Positions 36,713 to 46,815 of a DNA stretch of 64,000 nucleotides are shown here, one piece after another. The first letter of the stretch is position 1, and the number at the start of each line of letters is the position of its first letter. This DNA is from an uncultured Candidatus Saccharibacteria bacterium (GTDB lineage Bacteria; Patescibacteriota; Doudnabacteria; UBA920; O2-02-FULL-48-8). The translations under genes and the position numbers were made by a program. Where the stretch lies: the NCBI GenBank assembly GCA_964405805.1, contig CAYOPE010000001.1, forward strand, positions 4,898 through 68,897, in the 5' to 3' direction. A model generated the notes under the pieces. It was not told the DNA's origin. It ran no database searches and saw only the letters and a list, made by a program, of their open reading frames with translations.

Positions 36713-38032
36713 TTGCAAAGCAAAATTGCGAAGGTTCGACCAATTACGACAATGGGGCGGCCAAGAAAACTCACACCCACAATTGAAAAGGCGCCACCGA
36801 AATTAGCCGGAGCCAATGATTTACTACCAGAGCACCATCTGTCCTGGGAAGTGTTTTTAGAAAAATTGACTCATACCGCTCATAATTTCGGTTACAGCAA
36901 AATCGAAACTCCGATTTTCGAGGACGCTCGACTGTTTAGCTTCTGGTCACAGGGAAAAGACCAGCTTTTGACCACGCAAGATGCGAAGGGCGGTGCGATT
37001 GCGGCCAAGCCAACCAATATTTTTAGCTTGGTGCGTGCTTATCTCGAGTATCATTTTCCAGAGCGAGAAAAAGTCAGTAAGTGGTATTATCATTCGCCAG
37101 TCAACTGGGTCAGTCCCACGCACGAAATCAAACAAACTGAAGAGTATGGTTTTCAAGTTTTCGGCGCTTTTGCCCCGATCGCTGATGCTCAGATGATCAA
37201 TTTGTTGCAACGTTTATTTTCTGATCTGGGGCTGAAAAATTTGTCTTTAGAAATAAACAACATTGGCTGCATCGAGTGTCAGCCAGCTTATGCTGAGCAG
37301 CTGAAAAATTATTTTAAAGACAAAAAATACGATTTGTGTGAAAATTGTTTGGATTATCTAGAAAACAATCAGCCGCTTCAAATTTTGGCATGCACGAATT
37401 TATCTTGTCATACGGTAGCCTCAGAAGCTCCAACTTTGATTGATTTTTTGTGTGAAAATTGTCGTAAACATTTCATTGGAGTTTTGGAAGGTTTAGATGA
37501 ATTGGGTCTTGTGTACAATTTGAATCCGAAAGTGATCGGTAAACCGTGGTCTCGAAAAACTGTTTTCGAAATCCGATTTCGTGGCGAAACTGGCGATGCG
37601 GTGCTAGGCAGTGGCGGCCATGCGGACGATCTGATTCAAAGTTTGGGAGGACTACCGACTACAGCGCTAGGATTTTCTGGCACGATAGACATGATCATGT
37701 CTTCTTTCGAGCTGGCTAATGTCAAATTTAGTACCAAGCAGCAAGTCGATGTGTTTTTGGTCCCCCTAGGTGACCTAGCTGCGAAAAAAACTCTCAGATT
37801 GTTTACTGAGCTTTGGAATCAGAACATCATGGCTTCAGAATTTTCAGGACCGGGATCGATAAAAACTCAGCTGAAGCTAGCTGAATCGAACAAAGTTAGT
37901 ATTGCTTTGATCATTGGACAAAAAGAAGCACGGGAAGGTACTGTCATCCTCCGTGATGTCCGCTCAGGCATGCAGGAGCTGTTTACTTACGAGCGAATCA
38001 TTGAGGAAGTGAAGAAGCGGCTTGGCAAATAG
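36713..38032 (+). CDS. Histidyl-tRNA synthetase-like paralog with degenerate catalytic motifs and a Cys-rich insertion
   Basis: HisRS-like class II core (GYSKIETPIFE...; motif 3 reduced to GSGGHADDL) and an anticodon-binding-like C-terminus. Motif 2 Arg/Gln residues are absent. Insertion CIEC...CENC...C...C...CENC. The canonical hisS is at 56363. Confidence 0.65.
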   Translation: MQSKIAKVRPITTMGRPRKLTPTIEKAPPKLAGANDLLPEHHLSWEVFLEKLTHTAHNFGYSKIETPIFEDARLFSFWSQGKDQLLTTQDAKGGAIAAKPTNIFSLVRAYLEYHFPEREKVSKWYYHSPVNWVSPTHEIKQTEEYGFQVFGAFAPIADAQMINLLQRLFSDLGLKNLSLEINNIGCIECQPAYAEQLKNYFKDKKYDLCENCLDYLENNQPLQILACTNLSCHTVASEAPTLIDFLCENCRKHFIGVLEGLDELGLVYNLNPKVIGKPWSRKTVFEIRFRGETGDAVLGSGGHADDLIQSLGGLPTTALGFSGTIDMIMSSFELANVKFSTKQQVDVFLVPLGDLAAKKTLRLFTELWNQNIMASEFSGPGSIKTQLKLAESNKVSIALIIGQKEAREGTVILRDVRSGMQELFTYERIIEEVKKRLGK

Positions 38033-38065
38033 TCCAAAATGTGTTATATATAGTGTGAAAGAGAG

Positions 38066-38314
38066 GTGAGTTTTTTGGTAGAAGTGAAAAGAAAAGAGAA
38101 TGAATCGTTTGAATCCCTGCTTCGGCGCTTTAATCGCAAGATTCAGCAAAGCGGTGTTTTGGTTCGTGCTCGCAAGATCAGATTTTTCGTGCCGAGCAAG
38201 TCTCGAAATCTACTTCGTGAAGATGCGGCTCGTAGAGCTGTCAATCGCGAGAAGCGTGAAGAATTGAAAAAACTCGGCAAGCTGCCGACCAAAACCACAT
38301 TCAGGCGACGCTAG
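38066..38314 (+). CDS. rpsU: 30S ribosomal protein S21
   Basis: ...ENESFESLLRRFNRKIQQSGVLVRARKIRFF...KSR... is the bS21 pattern. Confidence 0.8.
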   Translation: MSFLVEVKRKENESFESLLRRFNRKIQQSGVLVRARKIRFFVPSKSRNLLREDAARRAVNREKREELKKLGKLPTKTTFRRR

Positions 38315-38351
38315 GTCGCTCGGATGACTGCAAAAAATGACGGTCTAAAAT

Positions 38352-38384
38352 TTACTAGGCATAAATTTTAGACCTAAGTCATCG
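38352..38384 (+). terminator. 12-bp-stem hairpin after rpsU
   Basis: ggtctaaaattt-actaggcat-aaattttagacc. Confidence 0.45.
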
Positions 38385-38458
38385 GCCTCGTTGCGGCGAA
38401 GCAACTTCGGCCTCTGAATTCATTTTTATGCAGCATCCTCGCTTAAGAAAAAAATTGT

Positions 38459-38896
38459 ATGCTTTTAGAACAAATTGATCAAGATCTCACGGCTGCTTTG
38501 AAAGCCAAAAATGAAGTTGTAGTCACATCGCTTCGCAATTTGAAGGCTGCGATAAAAAATTTGGAGTTGGAGAAAAATAAACCACTTACTGACGAAGATG
38601 TCTCAGGCGTGATGGCGAAGAAAGTTAAGCAGCACAAAGATTCGATCGAGAGTTTCAAAGCAGGCAATAGGCCTGACTTGGTAGCCATAGAAGAAGCACA
38701 AATGCAAGTACTTGTCGCTTACCTGCCGAAACAAATGGGTGAAGCTGAACTCACGGCGATTGTGAAAGAAGTTATCGCAAGTCTCAGCGCCCAAGCATCT
38801 GATTTCGGCAAAGTCATGAAAGAAGTAGTAGGTAAGGTCAAAGGCCGCGCAGACGGCAATATGATTTCTAAAATCGTCAAAGAAAATTTAAAATAA
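38459..38896 (+). CDS. GatB/YqeY domain protein
   Basis: ...LTAALKAKNEVVVTSLRNLKAAIKN... is the YqeY family pattern. Confidence 0.8.
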   Translation: MLLEQIDQDLTAALKAKNEVVVTSLRNLKAAIKNLELEKNKPLTDEDVSGVMAKKVKQHKDSIESFKAGNRPDLVAIEEAQMQVLVAYLPKQMGEAELTAIVKEVIASLSAQASDFGKVMKEVVGKVKGRADGNMISKIVKENLK

Positions 38897-38998
38897 ACCC
38901 CCACACCAAAGGGGAATGAATATTTGAAATATGTTTAAAAATAAAAAAATTAATATGCTCCCACGAATAAAGTTAGAGCATTTGGTGTGGGGGTAAAC

Positions 38999-40246
38999 AT
39001 GGCGCGCGAACAAATATTTGTGGGCCTCGATATCGGATCATCCATGATCCGAGTGGTGGTCGGAAAGCAAGAATCAGAGCTAGGCACACCTAGTATTATT
39101 GGCGTTGGCGAAGCCACCTCTGCTGGCATTCGTAGAGGCGTGATTGTCGACATTGACGAAGCCGTATCCTCGATCTCAGAAGCGCTAGAAAAAGCCGAAC
39201 GCATGACTGGACTGACTATCGACCATGCTGTGGTCTCTGTCGGAGGTGCGCAAATCACGTCCCAGGAAAGCCACGGCGTGATTGCTGTGGCTCGGGCTGA
39301 TGGGGAGATTACCGAAAACGATGTTGTGAGAGTCGTCGACGCTTCGCAAGCCATTTCCATTCCAGCAAATAGAGAAATTCTCCATGTCATCCCGAAAAAT
39401 TTCACAGTGGATGGTCAGACTGGAATCAAAGATCCAGTGGGCATGTCAGGAATTCGCCTGGAAGTCGACAGCCAGATCATTCAGGCCTCAGTGCCATTTA
39501 TAAAAAACCTGACCAAGTGCATCATGCAGGCAGGACTTGAGATTGATGACTTGGTTTTATCACCTCTTGCCGCTGCTCAAGCAGTTTTGAGTAAAAAGCA
39601 AAAAGAATTAGGCGTGGGATTAGTTGATCTCGGCGGCGGGACCACTGGTCTGATCGTTTTTGAAGAAGGCGATCTGGTTTCTTCCACGATTTTGCCAGTA
39701 GGCAGCATGCATATCACGAATGATTTAGCTATCGGCCTTCGCACTTCTGTGGATGCTGCGGAAAAAATCAAGCTCCAGTACGGCCAGGCCGAGATGCGGG
39801 AAGTGAAAAAAGATTTGGATGTGGATTTGGCCAAAATCGACAGGCAAGAAGAAGGAAAGGTGTCAGTTAAGCACATCGCTGAGATCATTGAGGCGCGTTT
39901 GGAAGAGACTTTTGAGCTTGTAAATAAAGAATTGAAGAAAATCAACAAAGACGGCCAGCTGCCAGCTGGAATTGTCTTGACAGGTGGTGGCGCAAAACTT
40001 CCCGGTGTGGTAGAATTAGCCAAAAAGCAGTTGCGTTTACCAGTAGTCAGTGGTCTTCCGGGTTCAGTGACTACTGTCATTGACCGAGTCGATGACCCAT
40101 CGTTTGCTACAGCAGTAGGTTTGGTCCTCTGGGCCAATGAATTTTTACTCGGCAGCAGTCGCACTGTAAATAAATTTGCTCGCAAGGTCCTAGAAAACGA
40201 TACAGTGAACAATTTACGGAAATGGTTTAAGAGTTTTCTCCCATGA
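38999..40246 (+). CDS. ftsA: Cell division protein FtsA
   Basis: Actin-fold motifs [15 protein letters not shown] and [17 protein letters not shown], plus a C-terminal amphipathic tail. Confidence 0.9.
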   Translation: MAREQIFVGLDIGSSMIRVVVGKQESELGTPSIIGVGEATSAGIRRGVIVDIDEAVSSISEALEKAERMTGLTIDHAVVSVGGAQITSQESHGVIAVARADGEITENDVVRVVDASQAISIPANREILHVIPKNFTVDGQTGIKDPVGMSGIRLEVDSQIIQASVPFIKNLTKCIMQAGLEIDDLVLSPLAAAQAVLSKKQKELGVGLVDLGGGTTGLIVFEEGDLVSSTILPVGSMHITNDLAIGLRTSVDAAEKIKLQYGQAEMREVKKDLDVDLAKIDRQEEGKVSVKHIAEIIEARLEETFELVNKELKKINKDGQLPAGIVLTGGGAKLPGVVELAKKQLRLPVVSGLPGSVTTVIDRVDDPSFATAVGLVLWANEFLLGSSRTVNKFARKVLENDTVNNLRKWFKSFLP

Positions 40247-41385
40247 AATTAAGATCCCAACAAGTGAGTCCCAAAATTCAAACTTTTGCTCGAATTAAAG
40301 TTATCGGCGTGGGCGGCTCAGGCCACAATGCCATCCATCGCATGATGGAAACCGGTATTCATGGTGTGGAATTTGTCGCTATCAACACTGATGCACAAGC
40401 GCTTCACAATTCCGAAGCTGATTATAAAATTCATATCGGAAAAACTTTGACTCGTGGTCTTGGCGCTGGTATGAATCCAGACATTGGTCGTGCTGCAGCA
40501 GAAGAATCCAAAGATGAGATCCTAGATGTCATTCGGAACGCTGACATGGTCTTTATCACTTGTGGTCTTGGTGGTGGTACTGGTACTGGCGCTGCTCCAG
40601 TCGTGGCCGAGCTTGCGAAGAAGACTGGCATTCTGACCGTAGGTGTAGTCACCAGGCCATTTGCTTTTGAGGGTCTGAAGCGAAAAGAGATTGCTGAGAA
40701 GGGCCTAGATCAGCTCAAGCAGCATGTCGATACCATAATCGTCATTCCGAATGATCGAATTTTACAAATTATTGATAAAAAAACTTCGCTTCTTGATGCT
40801 TTCCGTACTGTGGATGATGTTCTGCACCAAGGTGTGGCTGGAATTTCGGATTTGATCACTACACCTGGCATGATCAATGTTGACTTTGCTGATGTGAAGG
40901 CAGTCATGCAGAATGCAGGCTCAGCACTTATGGGCATTGGCCGCGGCACTGGCGAAAATCGAGCCATGGATGCAGCCAGAGCAGCAATTGATTCGCCATT
41001 ACTCGAACTTTCTATTGACGGGGCACGTGGAGTCCTCTTTAACATCACTAGCGGCAAGGATTTGAGCATGTATGAGGTGGAAGAAGCCGCGAAATTTATT
41101 ACCAAATCAGTGGATCCAGATGCAAAAATTATTTTTGGCGCAGTTATCGACGATGAGATGGACGAAGAAGTGAAGATTACTGTGGTCGCCACAGGTTTTT
41201 CCGCCGGAGGCGGATCCGCCTATGGCGGAGATGATACATATAAACGACGGGAAGAACCCATGAAGACTGAAGTGAAGAAGCCGGTGTTTGCACCGAAAGT
41301 CATTGAAGAAGAACCAGAGCATCACGACACTTCAGATCAAGACGAACTCGAGATCCCAGCGTTTATACGAAAGAAGATTAAATAG
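40243..41385 (+). CDS. ftsZ: Cell division protein FtsZ
   Basis: Tubulin signature [14 protein letters not shown]-terminal conserved peptide [12 protein letters not shown]. Confidence 0.97.
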   Translation: MKLRSQQVSPKIQTFARIKVIGVGGSGHNAIHRMMETGIHGVEFVAINTDAQALHNSEADYKIHIGKTLTRGLGAGMNPDIGRAAAEESKDEILDVIRNADMVFITCGLGGGTGTGAAPVVAELAKKTGILTVGVVTRPFAFEGLKRKEIAEKGLDQLKQHVDTIIVIPNDRILQIIDKKTSLLDAFRTVDDVLHQGVAGISDLITTPGMINVDFADVKAVMQNAGSALMGIGRGTGENRAMDAARAAIDSPLLELSIDGARGVLFNITSGKDLSMYEVEEAAKFITKSVDPDAKIIFGAVIDDEMDEEVKITVVATGFSAGGGSAYGGDDTYKRREEPMKTEVKKPVFAPKVIEEEPEHHDTSDQDELEIPAFIRKKIK

Positions 41386-41469
41386 TCACGTATCACGTAA
41401 CAAAACCACGTTCAGGCGTGGTTTTTTGATTTTCGACTTTATGCTATGCTACGGCTAACATAAACACTC

Positions 41470-42135
41470 ATGGCCAAACAAAAACCAGGCCAGAGGAGGA
41501 AAATGAAGACTTATAGCAACGTCGTTCTTGTCGATCACCCAGTGGCGCATGATGCGCTACGGATTCTGCGCGACAAGAACACCGAGCCTGCTGCTTTTCG
41601 AGCAGCAGCGATGCGCATCAGCCTGATCCTGGCTGCAGAGGCTCTCCGGGAGGCTCCGACTGAAGAGAGAGTCGTGCAAACCCCGCTGGCGGAAGCAGCT
41701 GCTCAGAGCCTCAAAGACATCGTGGTCGTGCCAGTGTTGCGCGCAGGTCTCGGCATGCTCGACGCCGTCTTGCAGCTGGCGCCAAACGCCCACGTCGGTC
41801 ACATCGGATTGCAGCGAGACGAAGTGACGGCCGTGGCGTCGCAGTACTACCTGAAACTACCGCCAAATCTCGAGAGCTCTCTCGTTCTGCTGGTTGACCC
41901 CATGCTCGCCACCGGCGGCAGCGCTGTGGCAGCAGTTGATCTTCTGAAACTCGCAGGAGCCACGAACATCAGGATGATCTGCATCGTGGCGGCTCCTGAG
42001 GGCATCGCACTCATGACCGAGAAGCATTCGGATGTCACGATCTATACGCCTGCAGTGGACAGTCATCTGAACGACCAAAAGTACATCGTGCCGGGTCTCG
42101 GTGACTTCGGCGACCGACTCTACGGCACATTCTAG
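41470..42135 (+). CDS. upp: Uracil phosphoribosyltransferase (GC-rich island)
   Basis: PVLRAGLGM and VLLVDPMLATGGSAVAAVDLLK PRPP-binding motif, C-terminal YIVPGLGDFGDRLYGT. ~60% GC. Confidence 0.88.
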   Translation: MAKQKPGQRRKMKTYSNVVLVDHPVAHDALRILRDKNTEPAAFRAAAMRISLILAAEALREAPTEERVVQTPLAEAAAQSLKDIVVVPVLRAGLGMLDAVLQLAPNAHVGHIGLQRDEVTAVASQYYLKLPPNLESSLVLLVDPMLATGGSAVAAVDLLKLAGATNIRMICIVAAPEGIALMTEKHSDVTIYTPAVDSHLNDQKYIVPGLGDFGDRLYGTF

Positions 42136-42322
42136 AACTAAAAGCACAAGGGCCGATCAATAGTGGTCGGCTCGAGGAAGTGTGGTTCACAGCAGCCACG
42201 CTTTTCTTTTTGCTTTTTTTCTATTTTATAATTATAGTAACCGCAACGGAAACCTGTCTGCCGACAGGCAGGCGAAAGTTTTCAGGGTGCTATCAGCACC
42301 TTTACAGAAAGGTTGGAGGAAG

Positions 42323-43822
42323 ATGGACAAGCTTAACGCGGTCGAAGTTGGTCAGCATATGGCAAATATTGGCGTCATGGGTGATGCCTGCGGCGGAGTT
42401 CAGATCGACATCGCCGTGGCCTATCGTCAGACGCCGGAAGGACTGGTCGAAGGAACGACATGCGACCATGACTGCACGAACAACGAAGGCTGTGGCAATT
42501 ACGACTGCCCGGCTCACTACAGCGCTCCTGGAAACAGAGGTTTGAAAATCACGAGCATGGCGCCGGCTGATGTCATGCTGGACCGGATCACCAACGCTGT
42601 CTGGGGAGTACGCCGGGCCGTGGAGCGGTTTCTGGAAGTTGATTACCACGGCTTCTGTTACACGTCTGAGATTCGTGACGAAGTCGTGAAAGGTGTGATC
42701 GAGAGCCGGCTGCGCATGGGCAAGGTCATCGTGAATGTCTTTGGCGGCGAGCCGCTTCTCTACCCGCACTTCCTTCAGCTCGAAGGGGCGCTGATGGACC
42801 GCGGTTACACGTTGAACGTCACGACCACGGGGGACAAATGGCTCGATCCGAAGTTCGCCAAGGCCATGGAAGACATCGAGCCCACTGTGCTGGCATTGAG
42901 CCTGGATGATCTGACGATTCCGGAACTCCGGCGCCTCTCGAAGCTCACGCCCGAGCAGATCAAGCAGGAATGGAAAGCTCTCAGGGCGAAAAACCCCAAG
43001 CATGGGCAGGCGCTCAAAGCCCTCGAAGCCGTTTACGTCTTCGCGTACTACAAGGAACGTGGCGGCTATCCCAAGGGCAAGAAGCTCCTGGCCAACGCGG
43101 TGGTCCACAAAGGCAACCTGTCTCACATTCGCGACATGTTCGAGGTCGTGGCTGAAGTCGCTCCGGGGATCGTGTTCAATCCGTACGCAGGTCAGGCTGC
43201 GTTCGACCACGATGAAACAACCGGCCTGCGGCGTCGTGGAGAATTCGGCGCCGACGAAGTCCAGCAGTTCTCGGATTTCGTGGACTGGTCGATTTCGGAA
43301 AGCAAGCGGCCGGATGGTGTGATCGTCAAACGTTTGCCGCACTGGCTCCTGCATCGGGCAGCACTCGATGTTCACGAAGGTAAGACACGGGAGCAGTCCG
43401 ACGCCATCGCTGGGTGGAACTCCTGGCGCTGTCACAATCACGTGGGCGCGGGATTCTTCATGCAAGTCGGTCGATCACCGAAAGTGCGGATACCGAATCA
43501 GCCGCAGGTGATTTCGATTCAGGGCCTGCACGGAAAGACCGGCAGTAACGGCCAAGTCTATCCGGGCGGGCATCTGGGGTGCTTCTGGGATCCGACGACC
43601 GTAACCCAGGACGGACAGTACCACGACCAGATGGAGGTCATGGATTACCTGCACTACGGCATGAAATCTCTCGCGCAGAAGTCTGCTGATCCCTGTCCCG
43701 GATGCCGAATGCCGCGGCTTGACTCACTCCATCTCGTGATCCTCGAGGCAGGGATTCCGACTGACGATCCGACGCTGAAGAACCGGTATCTGAATCTGCG
43801 TCGAGAGCACGCCGGGTTCTAA
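42323..43822 (+). CDS. Hypothetical Cys-rich protein, possibly a divergent radical-SAM-type enzyme
   Basis: ATG after GGAGG. N-terminal cluster CDHDC-x5-C-x4-C, then VNVFGGEPLL (radical-SAM-like glycine motif) and LNVTTTGD ~22 aa later. C-terminal cysteines CPGC. The Cys spacing is not the canonical CX3CX2C. Confidence 0.45.
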   Translation: MDKLNAVEVGQHMANIGVMGDACGGVQIDIAVAYRQTPEGLVEGTTCDHDCTNNEGCGNYDCPAHYSAPGNRGLKITSMAPADVMLDRITNAVWGVRRAVERFLEVDYHGFCYTSEIRDEVVKGVIESRLRMGKVIVNVFGGEPLLYPHFLQLEGALMDRGYTLNVTTTGDKWLDPKFAKAMEDIEPTVLALSLDDLTIPELRRLSKLTPEQIKQEWKALRAKNPKHGQALKALEAVYVFAYYKERGGYPKGKKLLANAVVHKGNLSHIRDMFEVVAEVAPGIVFNPYAGQAAFDHDETTGLRRRGEFGADEVQQFSDFVDWSISESKRPDGVIVKRLPHWLLHRAALDVHEGKTREQSDAIAGWNSWRCHNHVGAGFFMQVGRSPKVRIPNQPQVISIQGLHGKTGSNGQVYPGGHLGCFWDPTTVTQDGQYHDQMEVMDYLHYGMKSLAQKSADPCPGCRMPRLDSLHLVILEAGIPTDDPTLKNRYLNLRREHAGF

Positions 43823-43852
43823 ACGTAAATGGAGGACGGATGAAGAGACTGG

Positions 43853-43890
43853 CGGGTGCGCGTAGCGATTACGCGCCCCGCCTTTTTTCA
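43853..43890 (+). terminator. GC-rich rho-independent terminator
   Basis: ggcgggtgcgcgtagcgattacgcgccccgcc-tttttt. Confidence 0.7.
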
Positions 43891-43958
43891 TTTGCTAGTT
43901 TTTGTTTGTGGACGCTATAATGCATAAGTCAACCGAGACTCCGAGTTGGAGTTCTCAC

Positions 43959-44456
43959 ATCAACGGAGGTTTGCCTATGTGTCCCGAAAGTCTCGCGCAT
44001 CTCGCACGAGGAACGGCCGAGGTCGGTGATCAAGTCGTCGCCAAGGACTTCAAGCACCAGGGCAGCAGTCACACGTTCACGATGTACGCGCGCACGGACA
44101 ACCCGACGTGTCCGGTCTGTCTGCCGAACGGCGCCACGATCTGCTTCAAGGATCCGTCGAGGCGGGTTCGCCGGCTCGCGGAAGTCACAGACGGTCCGGT
44201 CGTGGCCACACTCGCCAACGGCGCGTTCTACGAGAGCACGTTCGCATTCGCGAACGGCGCGACGGCCACGCTGTCGGAGATCCGCGGTGCGGTCTTCAAC
44301 GTCATTCCCGCCATCGCCACGAGCGACGAGATCAACGAGGAGGCGCGGCGCATCTTCACTGAACTCAGCCCGGAACTCGATCCGGTGCTCGCTCAGGCCG
44401 CGGCGACGGCACGCATCGCCCGAACCCAGTCGCGCGGCCAGACGGTCGCGGCGTAG
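43959..44456 (+). CDS. Hypothetical protein (GC-rich island)
   Basis: ATG 8 nt after GGAGG. The alternative frame 44026-44820 is Arg/Ser low-complexity and judged spurious. Confidence 0.5.
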   Translation: MNGGLPMCPESLAHLARGTAEVGDQVVAKDFKHQGSSHTFTMYARTDNPTCPVCLPNGATICFKDPSRRVRRLAEVTDGPVVATLANGAFYESTFAFANGATATLSEIRGAVFNVIPAIATSDEINEEARRIFTELSPELDPVLAQAAATARIARTQSRGQTVAA

Positions 44457-44620
44457 CACGTCGCGTTCGACGCCGACACAACCAAGCGACGCAGGAAGCG
44501 TCGGGGCGGTTCACCACCAGGTGATCCGCTCTTTTCATTTGTCAGAAAATGCATGCGTTTGGTATCCTATAGTATCAAGCGCAGGGCTTGGTAATGTTTT
44601 CAGTCTGAAACGGAGGAGAG

Positions 44621-46102
44621 ATGATCCCAAGATATACGAATTCTCGGATCCAGGCTATCTGGTCGGATCAGAACAAGACCAGGCTCTGGGATTGCAGCGA
44701 ACTCGCTGCGGTCCAGGCTTCGGAAGAGCTTGGCGAATTTCCTGCCGGCGTGTATCAGAAGATTGCCGCATCGCTCGCAGCACATCCTGTGGATCTCGAG
44801 TGGTGGCTTGCGAAAGATAAAGAAATCCATCACGACCTCAATGCCTACCTCGAAGAGCGGCTGCGGTTCATCGTCAAGAACCTACAGATCTACTTTCATC
44901 GCTACATGACCTCGTTCGACACGGAGGAGCCGGCGTTCGGCCGAATGCTTCGTGACTCAGTCGACGTGGTACTCGAAATGTGTGCTGAACTCGATCTGAT
45001 TCTGGCTTCGCTGGCGCGCAGATACCAGTACACGGTCATGATCGGACGCAGTCATCAGCAAGGCGGCGATCTGCAGACTTTCGGCAAAAGGGTCTGCACG
45101 TGGCTACGAGATCTTCGTACTGCCGCCCAGATTCTGGGCGATGTATCGGTCGATCTCAAGTACTCGAAGATGTCAGGGGCCATGGGTAACTATGGTCTGT
45201 TCAAACCAGAAGTCGAGCGCCGAGCACTCGCGATTCTCGGCTTCGAGCCGTACGTCGGTGCCACACAGATTATGCCGCGGGTGCTTTACGTGCCAGTGGC
45301 TGCTGCGCTTTCGGGTTTGGTCTCGACTATTTCGAAAATCGGCAATGACATCCGCCTCGGCGCGCGCAGTCCGAAGCCCATCTGCCAGGAACCGTTCAAG
45401 AAAAAACAGAAGGGTTCGTCGGCCATGCCGCACAAGAAGAATCCGATTCGCTGCGAACAGCTGGAAGGCATGGCCAGGGTTGCCCGTGGCTTCCTATCGA
45501 TGAACGCCGAAAACGTGCAGACTGACGAGGAGCGCGCCATCGAACAGTCCTCAGTGGAACGAATCGCATGGCCGGACCTGTTTCATGTCACTTGTCAGGC
45601 TCTGGATGTGCTGACCCAGGTCACGTCCGGGTTGAAAGTCTATCCCGATAACATGCTCTGGGAACTCGTCCAATCGCGTGGTTGCTACGCGGCGTCACAG
45701 GCCAAAGAAGTCCTAAAGACCATGGGCGAGGAGCTGTGGAATGACGCTGAGGAGCCGTACCGAATAGTCCAACTGGCTGCGTTCAACGTCTTTGAACCCA
45801 GCCAGAAAGCAAAGCGCATGCGCGAATTCCCGGAAACCTCGTTTGCTTTCGCCGAAAATTTCCTGATGGCGCCACACTCGTTCGAAACCGAGTGTGTCAC
45901 CATCCAGGAGGTGATCGTGCGCGGGCGGCTGCGGGTATCTGATGAGCTCGACGCGGACGAAGCAGTGGTGCAGCGCTGGAATCGCATTCTGGATTCGATT
46001 TTCGCGGACGAACGGAATCGCGACCAGTGGACGGAAATTTTTCGTCCAGCAGTACTTCTGGCTCACGAGTCCGCGATCTTCGCAGCGCTCTTGGGCGAGT
46101 AG
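44621..46102 (+). CDS. purB: Adenylosuccinate lyase (fumarate lyase family)
   Basis: N-terminus MIPRYTNSRIQAIWSDQNK... and the fumarate-lyase signature GSSAMPHKKNP. Confidence 0.85.
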   Translation: MIPRYTNSRIQAIWSDQNKTRLWDCSELAAVQASEELGEFPAGVYQKIAASLAAHPVDLEWWLAKDKEIHHDLNAYLEERLRFIVKNLQIYFHRYMTSFDTEEPAFGRMLRDSVDVVLEMCAELDLILASLARRYQYTVMIGRSHQQGGDLQTFGKRVCTWLRDLRTAAQILGDVSVDLKYSKMSGAMGNYGLFKPEVERRALAILGFEPYVGATQIMPRVLYVPVAAALSGLVSTISKIGNDIRLGARSPKPICQEPFKKKQKGSSAMPHKKNPIRCEQLEGMARVARGFLSMNAENVQTDEERAIEQSSVERIAWPDLFHVTCQALDVLTQVTSGLKVYPDNMLWELVQSRGCYAASQAKEVLKTMGEELWNDAEEPYRIVQLAAFNVFEPSQKAKRMREFPETSFAFAENFLMAPHSFETECVTIQEVIVRGRLRVSDELDADEAVVQRWNRILDSIFADERNRDQWTEIFRPAVLLAHESAIFAALLGE

Positions 46103-46201
46103 AATTCGGGTTTTGAGTTCGGGCGGGTTGCGCTTGCAGCCCGCCCTTTTTCTATAGTATGATGTCCTATCTAGTTCCCTTCGTTCTGAGAGGAGGATTG
46201 T

Positions 46202-46798
46202 GTGACCGAAGCTGTGATCTTTGACTGCTGCGAAGTACTCTTAACCGGAGTTAAGGGTTGCTACGAGCAGTTCGGAAAACTGCTCGGAACCGATCCTGCG
46301 ACTGTGAAGTCTCGCCTCATGTGCGACATGGCTATGCGTCTGTTTTCCGGCCAGGCCACAGAAGAGGAGTATTGGACTGATGTCATCCGGCGTTCAGGCT
46401 GGACTCACGATAGTAAAGTCTTGGGCAAGCAGCTGCGCCGAAGCTTTCGAGAGATCCCAGGTACACGCAATCTCATCCGAGCCATGCGACGACAGGGATA
46501 CAAAACCGGTCTGCTTTCAGTGCACGCCCGCGAGTGGGTCGAGTACTGTCAGAGGCGCTTTCGTCATCACTGTCTGTTTGATGTGGTGCACTACTCGTAC
46601 CAGTTCCAACCGTCCAAACCGCATCCAGAATCGTTTGTGAATCTGGCTGCGGCACTGGGCGTCAGTATCACCAACTGCGTGGTCGTGGATGACCGCGCTG
46701 AAAATATCATTGCGGCCAGGACCCTGGGTGCCCAAGGGGTGATTTTCGAAACTGCTGAGCAGACAGAAGCAGAACTGTTTTCCCTGCTCAGACTCTAA
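46202..46798 (+). CDS. HAD-superfamily hydrolase-like protein
   Basis: GTG after GAGGAGG. AVIFDCCEVLL (motif I-like, second Asp replaced) and VVVDDRAENI (motif IV). Confidence 0.55.
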   Translation: MTEAVIFDCCEVLLTGVKGCYEQFGKLLGTDPATVKSRLMCDMAMRLFSGQATEEEYWTDVIRRSGWTHDSKVLGKQLRRSFREIPGTRNLIRAMRRQGYKTGLLSVHAREWVEYCQRRFRHHCLFDVVHYSYQFQPSKPHPESFVNLAAALGVSITNCVVVDDRAENIIAARTLGAQGVIFETAEQTEAELFSLLRL

Positions 46799-46815
46799 CT
46801 GACGAGGAGTGTGAC

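Noticed and set aside
42302-43465. 387-aa minus-strand ORF antisense to the radical-SAM-like gene
   Set aside because: It is a typical long spurious ORF in 60% GC DNA. The sense-strand frame has a GGAGG RBS and recognisable motifs.
44026-44820. 264-aa plus-strand ORF overlapping 43959-44456 and the purB start
   Set aside because: Arg/Ser/Thr low-complexity translation with no RBS; it overlaps two better-supported genes.
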